Shown: in pieces, positions 42,089-51,577 of the stretch
Numbering within the stretch: position 1 is the first letter of the stretch
Layout: the number at the start of each line of letters is the position of its first letter
Assembly (NCBI GenBank): GCA_965261735.1
Contig: OZ253470.1
Span: 1,408,001 to 1,472,000, forward strand
Source: Alphaproteobacteria bacterium
GTDB lineage: Bacteria; Pseudomonadota; Alphaproteobacteria; SHVV01
Reading direction: 5' to 3'
DNA: 64,000 bases
The notes under the pieces: model-generated
What the model was told of the DNA's origin: nothing
The model's input: the letters and a program-made list of their open reading frames with translations, nothing else
Database searches by the model: none
Translations under genes and position numbers: made by a program

Positions 42089-44812
42089 ATGGAGGCGGAA
42101 GCGCGCGCTCGCGTACGCTTGCGTGCGCCGGCACTCGTGGTCGGCGCGAGCGAGGCGACCTGGCTCGACCGCGACGGCGTGATCGAGGACGTCTCGCTCG
42201 CCGAGGCGGCGCGGCGGGCGCAAAACGAAGCGCCGCTCGTGTGCTACGCGCCGCTACCAACACGCCGCCTCGGCATCGGGCGGTTCCCGGCGTATGACGT
42301 CCTCGAGCTGTTCGCATTCGCCCGCCCGGCGCGATTCTGCGTGCCGACACCGGCGGGCCTTGCCGCCGCGCTCGGTCTCGCGCCGCCCGCCGACCGTGGC
42401 GCCGAGGCGGCGACCCTGATCGCGGCGGTACGGGCCCTGCTCGCGGGCCTCGCCGAAAACGGCGCCGGCGCAGGTCCCATCGCGGCCGCCATGGGCCGCG
42501 GCGGTTGGCCGTGGAGCGAGGCGGTGCTGGCAGCTCTCGGCGAGACGGAGGCCCGCGCCGGCGGCCTCGATGCTTGGAATCGCCTCCCCGGCTGGTCCGA
42601 GGCGGCGCCGCGGGGAGCCCCTGGCGACGATCCGGTGAGCCCGGCGGAGGCGCGCGACCGCCTCGCCGAGCTGCTCGGCGACGGCGCCGAGCTACGACTG
42701 CCGCAGGGCGACTACGCCGAGGCCGCGGCCGCCGCTTTTGCGCCGCGTGCCGGCGCCGGCGCGCCCAACCTCGTGCTCGCCGAGGGCGGCACCGGGGTCG
42801 GCAAGACGCTGGGCTACGTCGCCCCAGCCAGCGTCTGGGCGGCGAAGAACGGCGGCGCCGTGTGGCTGTCGACCTTCACCCGCAACCTCCAGCGCCAGAT
42901 CGACCAGGAGCTCGACAGGCTCTACCCCGATCCGCGCCTCAAATCGAAAAAGGTGGTCGTGCGCAAGGGGCGCGATAACTATCTGTGCCTGCTCAACCTC
43001 GAGGAGGCGGTGACGCGCGGGGCGGCAGGCGAGGGGTTGGTGGCCCTCGGCTTGATCGCGCGTTGGGCCGCCGCGACCCGCGACGGAGATCTCCTGGGCG
43101 GCGACTTCCCGACCTGGCTCGCCGGGCTATTCGGCTACGGCCGCACCCTCGGGCTCGCGCACCGGCGCGGCGAGTGCCTCTATTCGGCGTGCCCGCACTA
43201 CGGCAAGTGCTACATCGAGCGCGCCATCCGCAAGGCACGCGGGGCCGACATCGTCATCGCCAACCACGCCCTCGTAATGGCCCAGGCCGGCACCGCCGAG
43301 GCTGGCGCCGGCCTGCCGACCCGCTATGTGTTCGACGAGGGCCACCATCTCTTCGATGCCGCCGACGGCGCCTATGGCGCGCACCTCTCGGGCACCGAAG
43401 CGGCCGAGCTGCGGCGCTGGCTGCGCGGCGGCGAGGGCCGGCGCCGGGGCCGCGTGCGCGGGCTCGAACGGCGCATCGGCGACCTCGTCGCCCACGACGA
43501 GGCGGCACAGAAGGCGCTCGATGACGCGCTGCGGCGCGCCGCCGCCCTGCCCGGCGAGGGCTGGCTCGGGCGCGTCGCCGAGGGGACGCCGCGCGGCGTG
43601 GCCGAGACGTTCCTGCGCCGCGTGTGGGAGCAGGTCGAGGCGCGGGCGGCGGCGCCGAACTCCGAGTATGGGCTCGAGGCGACGGTGGAGCCCCGCAACC
43701 CCGAGCTCGGCGAGGCCGCCCACGCCTTGGCCAGCGCGCTCGCCGACCTGGCGACGCCGCTACGCACCCTCACCACGTTCCTGTCGACCCGCCTCGATGA
43801 GGAGGCGAGCGACCTCGACACGGCGACCCGGATCCGCATCGAGGCCGCCTGCCGCAGCCTCGCCCATCGCCTGAACGATCGAATCGGCGCCTGGCGCGAC
43901 ATGTTGGCGGGCCTGGCAGCACCGGAGCCCGAACCCGGCGCCGACCACCCGTTCATCGACTGGCTGGCGATCCACCGCATCGAGGGCCGCAATACCGGCG
44001 TCGGCATGCACCGCCACTGGATCGACCCGACGATCCCCTTTGCCGCCACGGTGCTGAGCCCGGCGCACGGCGTCGTGATCACGTCGGCGACGCTACGCGA
44101 CCGGGCCGCGGGCGAGGACGACTGGACGGCCGCCGAGGTACGCACCGGAGCGCTTCACTTGGCGTTGCCGGCCAAGCGCGCGAGCGTGCCCTCGCCGTTC
44201 GATTACACGCAGAACACGCGCTTGTTCGTGATCACCGACGTCCGGCGCGACGATCCGGCGCAGGTCGCGGCCGCGTACCGCGAGCTGTTTGGCGCCGCCG
44301 GTGGCGGCGCGCTCGGCCTGTTTACCGCGATTGCACGCCTGCGCGAGGTCCACCGGCGCATCGCTGAGCCGCTAGAGGCCGCCGGCATTCCGCTGCTCGG
44401 CCAGCACGTCGACCCCATCGATACCTCGACGCTCGTCGACATCTTCCGGGCCGAGCCGACGACCTGCCTGCTCGGCACCGACGCGTTGCGCGACGGCATC
44501 GACGTGCCTGGGCCGTCGCTGCGGCTGATCGTGTTCGATCGCGTGCCCTGGCCGCGCCCCAACATCCTCCATCGCGCCCGCCGCGCCGCCTTCGGCCGCG
44601 ACTATGACGACGTGCTGGCGCGCCTCAAGCTCAAGCAGGCATTCGGCCGCCTGCTGCGGCGCGCCGAGGACCGCGGCGTCTTCGTGCTGCTCGATCGGCG
44701 CCTACCCTCGCGCCTGGCGACCGCGTTCCCCGAGGGAGTCGCGGTGGCGCGCGTCGGCCTCGCCGAGGCCGTCGCCGAGATGCGCCGCTTCCTGGACGCA
44801 GGCGGAGCTTGA
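42089..44812 (+). CDS. DinG/YoaA-family ATP-dependent helicase
   Basis: EGGTGVGKT, KGRDNYLC, ANHAL, DEGHH, TSATL, QAFGRLLR; Cys residues compatible with an Fe-S cluster. Confidence 0.93.
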   Translation: MEAEARARVRLRAPALVVGASEATWLDRDGVIEDVSLAEAARRAQNEAPLVCYAPLPTRRLGIGRFPAYDVLELFAFARPARFCVPTPAGLAAALGLAPPADRGAEAATLIAAVRALLAGLAENGAGAGPIAAAMGRGGWPWSEAVLAALGETEARAGGLDAWNRLPGWSEAAPRGAPGDDPVSPAEARDRLAELLGDGAELRLPQGDYAEAAAAAFAPRAGAGAPNLVLAEGGTGVGKTLGYVAPASVWAAKNGGAVWLSTFTRNLQRQIDQELDRLYPDPRLKSKKVVVRKGRDNYLCLLNLEEAVTRGAAGEGLVALGLIARWAAATRDGDLLGGDFPTWLAGLFGYGRTLGLAHRRGECLYSACPHYGKCYIERAIRKARGADIVIANHALVMAQAGTAEAGAGLPTRYVFDEGHHLFDAADGAYGAHLSGTEAAELRRWLRGGEGRRRGRVRGLERRIGDLVAHDEAAQKALDDALRRAAALPGEGWLGRVAEGTPRGVAETFLRRVWEQVEARAAAPNSEYGLEATVEPRNPELGEAAHALASALADLATPLRTLTTFLSTRLDEEASDLDTATRIRIEAACRSLAHRLNDRIGAWRDMLAGLAAPEPEPGADHPFIDWLAIHRIEGRNTGVGMHRHWIDPTIPFAATVLSPAHGVVITSATLRDRAAGEDDWTAAEVRTGALHLALPAKRASVPSPFDYTQNTRLFVITDVRRDDPAQVAAAYRELFGAAGGGALGLFTAIARLREVHRRIAEPLEAAGIPLLGQHVDPIDTSTLVDIFRAEPTTCLLGTDALRDGIDVPGPSLRLIVFDRVPWPRPNILHRARRAAFGRDYDDVLARLKLKQAFGRLLRRAEDRGVFVLLDRRLPSRLATAFPEGVAVARVGLAEAVAEMRRFLDAGGA

Positions 44813-44859
44813 CGATAAGCTCTGCGGCGGTCGGTTGCGCCGGCCCGGTTGGCGAGGCG

Positions 44860-45270
44860 ATGGACAAAGGCATGCAGCACACGGCGCTCATCTACACGAT
44901 GGTTCTGGTGTCGGCCTCGGACAGCAACATGACCGATCTCGAGCTCCACACCATCGGCGGCATCGCGCAGACGCTGCCCGCGTTCAAGGGTTTCGATACC
45001 GAGGAGCTGCCGCAGATCTCGTCCAATTGCGCGGACATGCTGGCCGGGGAAGGCGGGTTGGACAAGGTGCTCGATCTCATCGCCGAGTCCCTGTCAGGAC
45101 GGCTGCGCGAAACCGCCTACGCGCTGGCGTGCGAGATCGCAGCGGTCGACCAGCATCTGTCGCAGGAGGAGATTCGCCTGCTCGAGCTGCTGCGCCACCG
45201 CCTGCAGATTGGCCGCCTGGTCGCGGCCGCGATCGAGCGCGGCGTGCGCGCCCGTTACTCCGTCGGATGA
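44860..45270 (+). CDS. TerB-family protein
   Basis: MVLVSASD...EL; ETAYALACEIAAVD...EE. Confidence 0.82.
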   Translation: MDKGMQHTALIYTMVLVSASDSNMTDLELHTIGGIAQTLPAFKGFDTEELPQISSNCADMLAGEGGLDKVLDLIAESLSGRLRETAYALACEIAAVDQHLSQEEIRLLELLRHRLQIGRLVAAAIERGVRARYSVG

Positions 45271-45314
45271 GCGTGCCTGCGTAAGCGCCCAAACGTGCGC
45301 CGGTGGGAGGAGAC

Positions 45315-46460
45315 ATGACGGCGAACAACGACAATCCGGAGCCGGGCGTGGTCCAGGCCTTGAGCGCCGATCCCGAGCAGTCGGCGACACTACCGGCGCA
45401 CTACTACTACGACCCCGACATCTTCGACCGCGAGAAGCACGAGATCTTTTTCAAAAGCTGGCAGTTCGCCGGCTATATGGAGGACCTCGCCGAGCCCGGC
45501 AGCTACATCACCTGCCAGATCTTCGACCAAAACCTCGTCGTGGTGCGCGGCCGCGACGGGCGCTTGCGCGCCTTCCACAACGTGTGCCAGCACCGCGGCC
45601 ACGAGGTCATGACCGGCAAGGGGCGCGCCCGGATGCTGATGTGCCCCTACCACGCCTGGACCTACGACCTCGAGGGCAAGCTCAAGACCGTCGGCAACGC
45701 CGAGAACGTGGCCGGGTTCGAGCTCGGCGACTACTGCCTGACCGAGATCGCCGTCGAGGCCTTCGGCATCTTCGCCTTCGTTCATCTCGACCGCGATGCC
45801 GAGCCGCTCGCGAGCATCGCCGGCGACCTCCTCGAGGAGTTCCGCACCGTCGTTCCCGGGTTCGACGACCTCAAGCACTTCCGGCGCCTGCCCTTCGAGG
45901 TGCGCGCGAACTGGAAGATCACAGTCGACAACTACGTCGAGTGCTACCACTGCCCCGTGGTGCACCGCGGCATGGCCTCGAGCGATTCATCGACGCAGCC
46001 GAGCTTCGAGATCGAGGATCGCCCGGCCTGGTCGCGCCACATCATCCGCTCCGACAGCGACATCCGCTTCGGCTACGAAATCGGCAAGGACGATCCGATC
46101 CGCGACGTCTATTTGTGGGCGCTGTGGCCCAACACCATGTACATGGTGCGCCCAGGCGCCAGCAACATGGGGGTCTTTCAGATCATCCCGACGGGGCCGG
46201 AGGCCTGCGTCGAGATCCTCGACGATCTCGCGCCAACGATCCCGCCGCGCGAGACCGAACTGCGTATGTTCGACAACTTCCGCAACATCACCAACCCGCA
46301 GGACATCGGTGTCTGCGAGGGCGTGCAGCGGGGCATGAAGTCGCGCGCGTTCACGCGCGGGCGCCTGATGGTCGATCGCGACCGCTCGTGGCGCAGCGAG
46401 CACTCGGTGCACCATTTCGAGAGGGCGGTGTGGACCGCCCTCAACGGCCCCGCGGCCTAA
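45315..46460 (+). CDS. Rieske non-heme iron oxygenase alpha subunit (CntA/choline-monooxygenase-like group)
   Basis: CQH...CPYH Rieske motif; NWK...DNYVECYHCPVVH; C-terminal QD...CEGVQRG. Confidence 0.92.
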   Translation: MTANNDNPEPGVVQALSADPEQSATLPAHYYYDPDIFDREKHEIFFKSWQFAGYMEDLAEPGSYITCQIFDQNLVVVRGRDGRLRAFHNVCQHRGHEVMTGKGRARMLMCPYHAWTYDLEGKLKTVGNAENVAGFELGDYCLTEIAVEAFGIFAFVHLDRDAEPLASIAGDLLEEFRTVVPGFDDLKHFRRLPFEVRANWKITVDNYVECYHCPVVHRGMASSDSSTQPSFEIEDRPAWSRHIIRSDSDIRFGYEIGKDDPIRDVYLWALWPNTMYMVRPGASNMGVFQIIPTGPEACVEILDDLAPTIPPRETELRMFDNFRNITNPQDIGVCEGVQRGMKSRAFTRGRLMVDRDRSWRSEHSVHHFERAVWTALNGPAA

Positions 46461-46490
46461 GACTTGGTTGCGAGAATTGGGTGGCCCGCT

Positions 46491-46576
46491 GGTCGCCCCT
46501 CCCCCTCTCACGATTCGACCTCCCGCGCTCTTTCAGTTCGCCCCCTCCCGCTCTTTTCGGTTCGCCCCCTCCCCCT
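46491..46576. repeat. Degenerate 23-24 bp pyrimidine-rich tandem repeat, about 3.5 units
   Basis: Units GGTCGCCCCTCCCCCTCTCACGA / TTCGACCTCCCGCGCTCTTTCAG / TTCGCCCCCTCCCGCTCTTTTCGG / TTCGCCCCCTCCCC. Confidence 0.6.
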
Positions 46577-46672
46577 ACCCCCCTCCCACCAGGGGAGGGG
46601 GAATGTTTGGCTTGATATCAGTTACTTAGCCCTCCTCCTCGATGGGGGAGGGTTAGGAGGGGGTGACGCGCG
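46565..46672. repeat. Palindromic intergenic repeat with a central IHF consensus site, copy 1
   Basis: C-rich/G-rich hairpin arms around TATCAGTTACTTA (46616-46628), which matches WATCARNNNNTTR. Right arm shared with 54332-54374. Confidence 0.7.
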
Positions 46673-46707
46673 GCCCTGGGGGGCGCGCGGCCAGTGCGGG
46701 CGTGGCG

Positions 46708-47337
46708 TCAGTCCTTGAGGCTGATGACGAAGTCGGCGAGCGTGGACGCGGCTTCCGCCCAGGTGTCGGCTTCGCTGCGGCCTGAGCTCTTGAGCGGCTT
46801 GAAGCTGTGGTCGCCGCCCTCGATCCAGTGGAGGCGTACGCTCGCGGCGAGGTCGTAGCCGGCGACCTGGGCCGCCGAGCCCAACGAATCGCGCGTGCCC
46901 TGGATGATCAGGGTCGGCGTTCGGCTCTGCGCGAAATGGGCGATGCGCAGGACGTCGGGCTTGCCCGCCGGGTGGAAGGGATAGCCCAGGCACACGAGCC
47001 CCCTGGCCCCGACCTCATCGGCGATCAGGCTGGCGATGCGCCCGCCCATCGACTTGCCGCCGATGACCAGCCCGGCGCCGCCGCCGAGCCCGCGCACGAC
47101 GGCCCGCCAGGCCTCCTTCAACGCCTCGGGCCGGTCGGGCGCACGCTTGGTGCCCTGCGTCCGCCGCGCCTCCATGTAGGGGAACTCGAAGCGGGCGACG
47201 CGCAAGCCCCGCTCGGCGAGGCCGGCGGCGATCGCGTCCATGAACGGACTATCCATCGGCTGCCCGGCGCCGTGCGCGAGCACGATGTCGCACGGCTGAT
47301 CGAAGGTGCCGTCGAACTTGAGCGCGGGTACCGCCAT
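46708..47337 (-). CDS. Alpha/beta-fold hydrolase
   Basis: LAHGAG, GGKSMGGR, GYPFHP, QGTRD, GGDHS. Confidence 0.9.
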   Translation of the reverse strand: MAVPALKFDGTFDQPCDIVLAHGAGQPMDSPFMDAIAAGLAERGLRVARFEFPYMEARRTQGTKRAPDRPEALKEAWRAVVRGLGGGAGLVIGGKSMGGRIASLIADEVGARGLVCLGYPFHPAGKPDVLRIAHFAQSRTPTLIIQGTRDSLGSAAQVAGYDLAASVRLHWIEGGDHSFKPLKSSGRSEADTWAEAASTLADFVISLKD

Positions 47338-47544
47338 GCTCCCCCCCGAATGGGACCGGCCGCGAAGGCGCGTTTATAACGCGGGGCGCGGGGCAAGAGA
47401 AGCGCGCGGGCGGCGTGTTGTGCGCCACGTAAGAGACGGTGCATGCCTTCGGCTTGGCGCGCGCGGCCGCCAAGCGCCATATATGGGGACGACGCGCCGC
47501 GTGCCGGTTGGAAGGGCGGCGTGCCCGGGAGCGAAGGCCACCCG

Positions 47545-48033
47545 ATGACTGATCACGGCCATCCCCAGGACGAAAACCTTCGCATGGTCCTGTCGTCGCA
47601 GGGCCACGAGGAATGGCTGCGCGACCAGATCGGCGAAACCAGGCGGCTCATCCTGCGCCTTGCCGCCGGCCTCGTCCTCGGCATCGTGCTGTTGGTCGCG
47701 GTCTCGGCCTACGTATTCGTCTGGCGGGCCGCGGCGCCGGCGTGCGCCACCCTGTCCGAGGGCGTCTCGCTGGAACAGCTCATTGCCGAGGGCACCCTTC
47801 CCGTAGGCACCGAGCCATGCGCCGACGCAAATAGCGAGGCGGTGCCCGCCGGCGCGGGCGAGAGCTGGCAGTCGATTGCCGTCTAGGTCGGCACCGGCGC
47901 CGTCGCGGTCATCGCGCTCCTGCTCACACTAGGCTGCGGCGTCGAGCTGCTGCGCAGCTTCCTCAAGCTCCGGGAATACCGGGTCTTCGCGACGGATCAC
48001 CAGGAGTTCCTGAAGAAATACAACCGGTCGTGA
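47545..48033 (+). pseudogene. Two-TM hypothetical protein with an in-frame TAG at 47884-47886
   Basis: The frame continues with host-like codons after the TAG (VGTGAVAVIALLLTLGCGVELLRSFLKLREYRVF...) to TGA at 48033. Confidence 0.6.
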
Positions 48034-48059
48034 CCACGTTTCGCCGCGGCGGAGGCGGC

Positions 48060-48133
48060 TGGAGCGGGTGAGGGGAATCGAACCCCCGTCGTAAGCTTGG
48101 GAAGCTTCTGCTCTGCCATTGAGCTACACCCGC
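48060..48133 (-). tRNA. tRNA-Gly (CCC)
   Basis: GCGGGTGTAGCTCAATGGCAGAGC...TTCCCAA...GGTTCGATTCC...CACCCGCTCCA; 74 nt, CCA encoded. Confidence 0.96.
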
Positions 48134-48225
48134 GCGCTTCGCGGCACGTTGGGCCCGAGCCCGTCGCTTAGCATATTTCGCGCTGGCGGAAAACGCGCGC
48201 AGGCCGCTGACGGTTCGGCCGGCGG

Positions 48226-48960
48226 TCAGGTTCGCGCGGCGGGCGCGGTGCGCAGGCGGCGCCACGCCTCGGTGGTGGTCGCGCCGAGGCCGAGCACCAG
48301 GGCCGCGAGCAGGACGAGCGGGCCGATCCACGGCAGCGCGCTGAGCAGCGCCACGGCGACGACGCCGATCGCCGTCCACAGCGTGCGCTCCAAACCCTCG
48401 TGTCGCTCGGACGCCCAAATGATGCGGCGGCGCATGCGGGCTCCCATCCAGCGGCCCGCCGCGACCAGGGCGAGCGCTGCGCCGACCACGAACAGCGCCG
48501 CCCCTACGAGCGCGAGCGGGATGCCGATCACGCTCACGAACAGCAGGCCCACGGCCACCGGCGTCGCCACGAGCACGGCGGCGCCGAGGCCCGCGCACCG
48601 CCACGGCTCGTAGTCGATAGCGTTCGCCGCGGCGGCGATGAGACCGGGGTGCGCGAGCTGAAACGCGAAGCCGACCAGCGCGAGCCCGAGGACGATGGCG
48701 ACCAGGCCGGCGAAGCCCACGACCGGAACCCACGTGACCTCCTTGGGTGCGCGCCACACGCCGAGGCGGGGCCAGGCGAGGGATGCGCCCTCGGCGCCCG
48801 AGACGAGCGCGACGACGCGGCCGACGATCTCGCGGGGGAGCGCGCCGACGCCTTCCACGGCGGTGGCCCCGTTGTTCGCGTCGGCCTCGTCGGCCGTCGC
48901 ATGCCCGGCAGGCATCGACGGGGCGAGCAGCACGAGACCGGCGCGCGCGATCGCTCCCAT
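48226..48960 (-). CDS. Hypothetical multi-pass membrane protein
   Basis: Several hydrophobic segments (SVIGIPLAL, LPWIGPLV...LGLGA). Start uncertain. Confidence 0.7.
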   Translation of the reverse strand: MGAIARAGLVLLAPSMPAGHATADEADANNGATAVEGVGALPREIVGRVVALVSGAEGASLAWPRLGVWRAPKEVTWVPVVGFAGLVAIVLGLALVGFAFQLAHPGLIAAAANAIDYEPWRCAGLGAAVLVATPVAVGLLFVSVIGIPLALVGAALFVVGAALALVAAGRWMGARMRRRIIWASERHEGLERTLWTAIGVVAVALLSALPWIGPLVLLAALVLGLGATTTEAWRRLRTAPAART

Positions 48961-49134
48961 CCGCCGCCCGAGACCTCCGCAAAGGGCGCGCCTCGCCCCC
49001 ATCATCGTCACGCGCACCCCGTCCCTCAAGACATCGTGAACCAAGTTAACCCTTACCCACACGCAGCCATGCCATTATGGTGCGCTCCGGAAAGCCGGCG
49101 CACGACGCCACCGCCGCGCTTGGAGCCTAAGCCG

Positions 49135-50094
49135 ATGACCACCGCGCCCGTCGAGGCGATACCGCTCGATCCGGCAAAGTTCCGCGATCCCGAGATCACC
49201 GCCGCCGGCGAGCGCCGCGTCCACGTCGCGCTCGAGGCCCTCGACACACTGTGGTTCAACACCGGCACGCTGTGCAACCTCACCTGCACCAACTGCTACA
49301 TCGAATCGAGCCCGACCAACGACAGCCTCGCCTACATCACCCTGGCCGAGGTCGGCACCCACCTCGATGAGATTGCGGCCCACGGCTGGCCAACCCGCGA
49401 GATCGGCCTCACCGGCGGCGAGCCGTTCATGAACCCCGACATCATCGCCATCCTGGAACGCAGCCTCACGCAGGGCTTCGAGGTGCTGGTGCTGACCAAC
49501 GCCATGCGGCCGATGATGAAACTCAAGGAGGCTCTGCTCGATCTCAAGGGGCGCTTCGGCCGCCGCCTCACGCTGCGCGTCTCGCTCGACCACTACACCC
49601 AAGCCCTGCACGAGACCGAGCGCGGGCCGCGCAGCTGGGGCCCGACTCTCGACGGACTGGAATGGCTGATCGCGAACGGCTTCCAAATCACGATCGCGGG
49701 CCGCACCTGCTGGCGCGAGGCCGAGGCGAGCCTGCGCGCCGGCTACGCCCGACTGTTCGCGGAGCGCGGCATTGCGCTCGACGCCCAGGATCCCGGAAAC
49801 CTCGTTCTCTTCCCCGAGATGGACGAGCGTGTCGACGTCGCCGAGATCACCGAATCGTGCTGGGACATTCTCGGTGTTGACCCGCGCGCCATGATGTGCG
49901 CGACCTCGCGCATGGTGGTGAAACGCAAAGCGGCGGCGGCGCCCGTCGTCCTGCCGTGCACCCTGCTGCCCTACGACGCGCAGTTCGAGCTCGGCGCGAC
50001 CTTGGCCGAAGCGAGCACACGGGTGAACCTCAATCACCCCCACTGCGCGCGGTTCTGCGTCCTCGGCGGCGGCTCCTGCAGCGCCCCCGCCTGA
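49135..50094 (+). CDS. Radical SAM protein of unknown function
   Basis: CNLTCTNC, TGGEP, LTNA; extra C-terminal Cys (MMCATSRM, LPC, HPHCARFC...SC). Confidence 0.92.
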   Translation: MTTAPVEAIPLDPAKFRDPEITAAGERRVHVALEALDTLWFNTGTLCNLTCTNCYIESSPTNDSLAYITLAEVGTHLDEIAAHGWPTREIGLTGGEPFMNPDIIAILERSLTQGFEVLVLTNAMRPMMKLKEALLDLKGRFGRRLTLRVSLDHYTQALHETERGPRSWGPTLDGLEWLIANGFQITIAGRTCWREAEASLRAGYARLFAERGIALDAQDPGNLVLFPEMDERVDVAEITESCWDILGVDPRAMMCATSRMVVKRKAAAAPVVLPCTLLPYDAQFELGATLAEASTRVNLNHPHCARFCVLGGGSCSAPA

Positions 50095-50119
50095 TCCCAA
50101 GTCCACGTCCGATTGGCAC

Positions 50120-50149
50120 TTGACCACGACGAGCACGCGCGCGCATAGT
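50120..50149 (+). promoter_or_regulatory. Possible sigma70 promoter of the metZ leader
   Basis: TTGACC-N18-CATAGT just upstream of the riboswitch. Confidence 0.45.
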
Positions 50150-50154
50150 CGCGC

Positions 50155-50212
50155 ATTCGTGGTGATTTGAGCCGACCGGCTTGCGACCACGCTAAACAAA
50201 CGCTAAAAGGTC
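50155..50212 (+). ncRNA. SAM-alpha (SAM-II type) riboswitch
   Basis: CGTGGTGATTTGAGCCGACCGGCTTGCGACCACGCTAAACAAACGCTAAA fits the alphaproteobacterial SAM-II pattern; lies upstream of a methionine biosynthesis gene. Confidence 0.88.
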
Positions 50213-50218
50213 GGAGGG

Positions 50219-50250
50219 CAAAAACCCCGGCCGCGCGGCCGGGGTTTTTG
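50219..50250 (+). terminator. Intrinsic terminator-like hairpin in the metZ leader
   Basis: Perfect 32-bp palindrome CAAAAACCCCGGCCGCGCGGCCGGGGTTTTTG ending in a T run. Confidence 0.75.
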
Positions 50251-50258
50251 ATTGAAGG

Positions 50259-51476
50259 ATGAACCAGATGGCACGGGGAACCAAGGACTCGATCGAGGAG
50301 GCGCGGGCCTGGGGGCGTAGCACGCGGCTCGTGCGCGGCGGCACCAAGCGCTCGGCCTTCGGCGAGACCAGCGAGGCGATGTATCTCACCTCGGGCTACG
50401 CCTACGCCGACGCCGAGCTCGCGGAGGCGCGCTTCAAGGGAACGGCCGAGGGCTTCATCTATTCGCGCTTCGGCAATCCCACCGTCGCCATGTTCGAGGA
50501 CCGCATGGTGCTGCTCGAGGGTGCCGAGGCGGGGCGCGCCACGGCGACCGGCATGGCCGCCGTCAATGCGTCGCTGATGTGCCAGCTCAAGGCCGGCGAT
50601 CACGTGGTCGCCTCGCGCGCGCTGTTCGGCTCGTGCCGCTACATCATCGACGAGATCCTGCCGCGCTTCGGCGTCCCTACAACGCTCGTCGACGGCACCG
50701 ACCTCGCCCAGTGGCAGGCCGCGGTCCGACCGGGCACGGTCTGCGCCTTTCTCGAGACGCCCTCCAATCCGGGGCTCGAGATCATCGACGTGCGCGCGGT
50801 CGCCGACATCGTGCATGGCGTGGGCGCCCGGCTCATCGTCGACAACGTCTTCGCCACGCCCCTGCAGCAGCAGCCGCTGGCGCTCGGCGCCGACATCGTC
50901 ATCTACTCGGCGACCAAGCACCTCGATGGCCAGGGCCGCACCCTCGGCGGCATCGTCCTCGCCGACCAGGCGTTCTGCGAGGAGCTGCTGACGCCCTTCA
51001 TCCGCCATACCGGACCGAGCCTCAGCCCGTTTAACGCCTGGGTGCTGCTCAAGGGCCTGGAGACGCTCGAGCTCCGGCTCGACCGACACACCGCGAACGC
51101 GGCCGAGATTGCCGCCTTCCTCGATGACCAACCGGGCATCGAGAGTGTTCTCTATCCGGGCCTCGCCAGCCACCCGCAATACGAGCTCGCACGGGCGCAG
51201 ATGTCGGGCACCGGGTCCGTCGTCGCCTTCGACCTCCCGGGCGGCAAAGCGCGCGCATTTCGCTTCCTCAACGCGCTCCAACTCGTCGACATCTCGAACA
51301 ATCTGGGCGATGCGAAGAGCCTGGCGACACACCCGGCGACGACGACCCACCAGCGCCTGACGCCGGAGGAGCGTGCCCATGTCGGCATCACAGACAACAT
51401 GGTGCGCCTGTCGGTCGGCCTCGAGGACGTGGACGACCTCAAGGCCGATATTGCGCAAGCCCTGGCGGCCGAATAG
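50259..51476 (+). CDS. metZ: O-succinylhomoserine sulfhydrylase
   Basis: YSRFGNPT, ETPSNP, DNVF, YSATKHLDGQGR, NLGDAKSL. Start 50259 or 50268. Confidence 0.93.
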   Translation: MNQMARGTKDSIEEARAWGRSTRLVRGGTKRSAFGETSEAMYLTSGYAYADAELAEARFKGTAEGFIYSRFGNPTVAMFEDRMVLLEGAEAGRATATGMAAVNASLMCQLKAGDHVVASRALFGSCRYIIDEILPRFGVPTTLVDGTDLAQWQAAVRPGTVCAFLETPSNPGLEIIDVRAVADIVHGVGARLIVDNVFATPLQQQPLALGADIVIYSATKHLDGQGRTLGGIVLADQAFCEELLTPFIRHTGPSLSPFNAWVLLKGLETLELRLDRHTANAAEIAAFLDDQPGIESVLYPGLASHPQYELARAQMSGTGSVVAFDLPGGKARAFRFLNALQLVDISNNLGDAKSLATHPATTTHQRLTPEERAHVGITDNMVRLSVGLEDVDDLKADIAQALAAE

Positions 51477-51577
51477 GGGTGCTGGCGGCGGCGCCCGCGG
51501 CCCTGGACAAACGCCCGCGCGGGCACGATATTGGGCGAAAGTGCAGGGTGCCCAGCTGGCCCGGCGCAGGATGCGGG

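Noticed and set aside
42089-45270. DinG + TerB as a defence or type IV CRISPR module
   Set aside because: Host-like composition, position next to lysS, and no cas or other ter genes. More likely core genes.
46491-46672. CRISPR array
   Set aside because: The units are degenerate and contiguous with no unique spacers, and there are no cas genes.
48034-48133. tRNA-Gly as an integration site
   Set aside because: No integrase nearby and no duplicate of the tRNA 3' end seen in the window.
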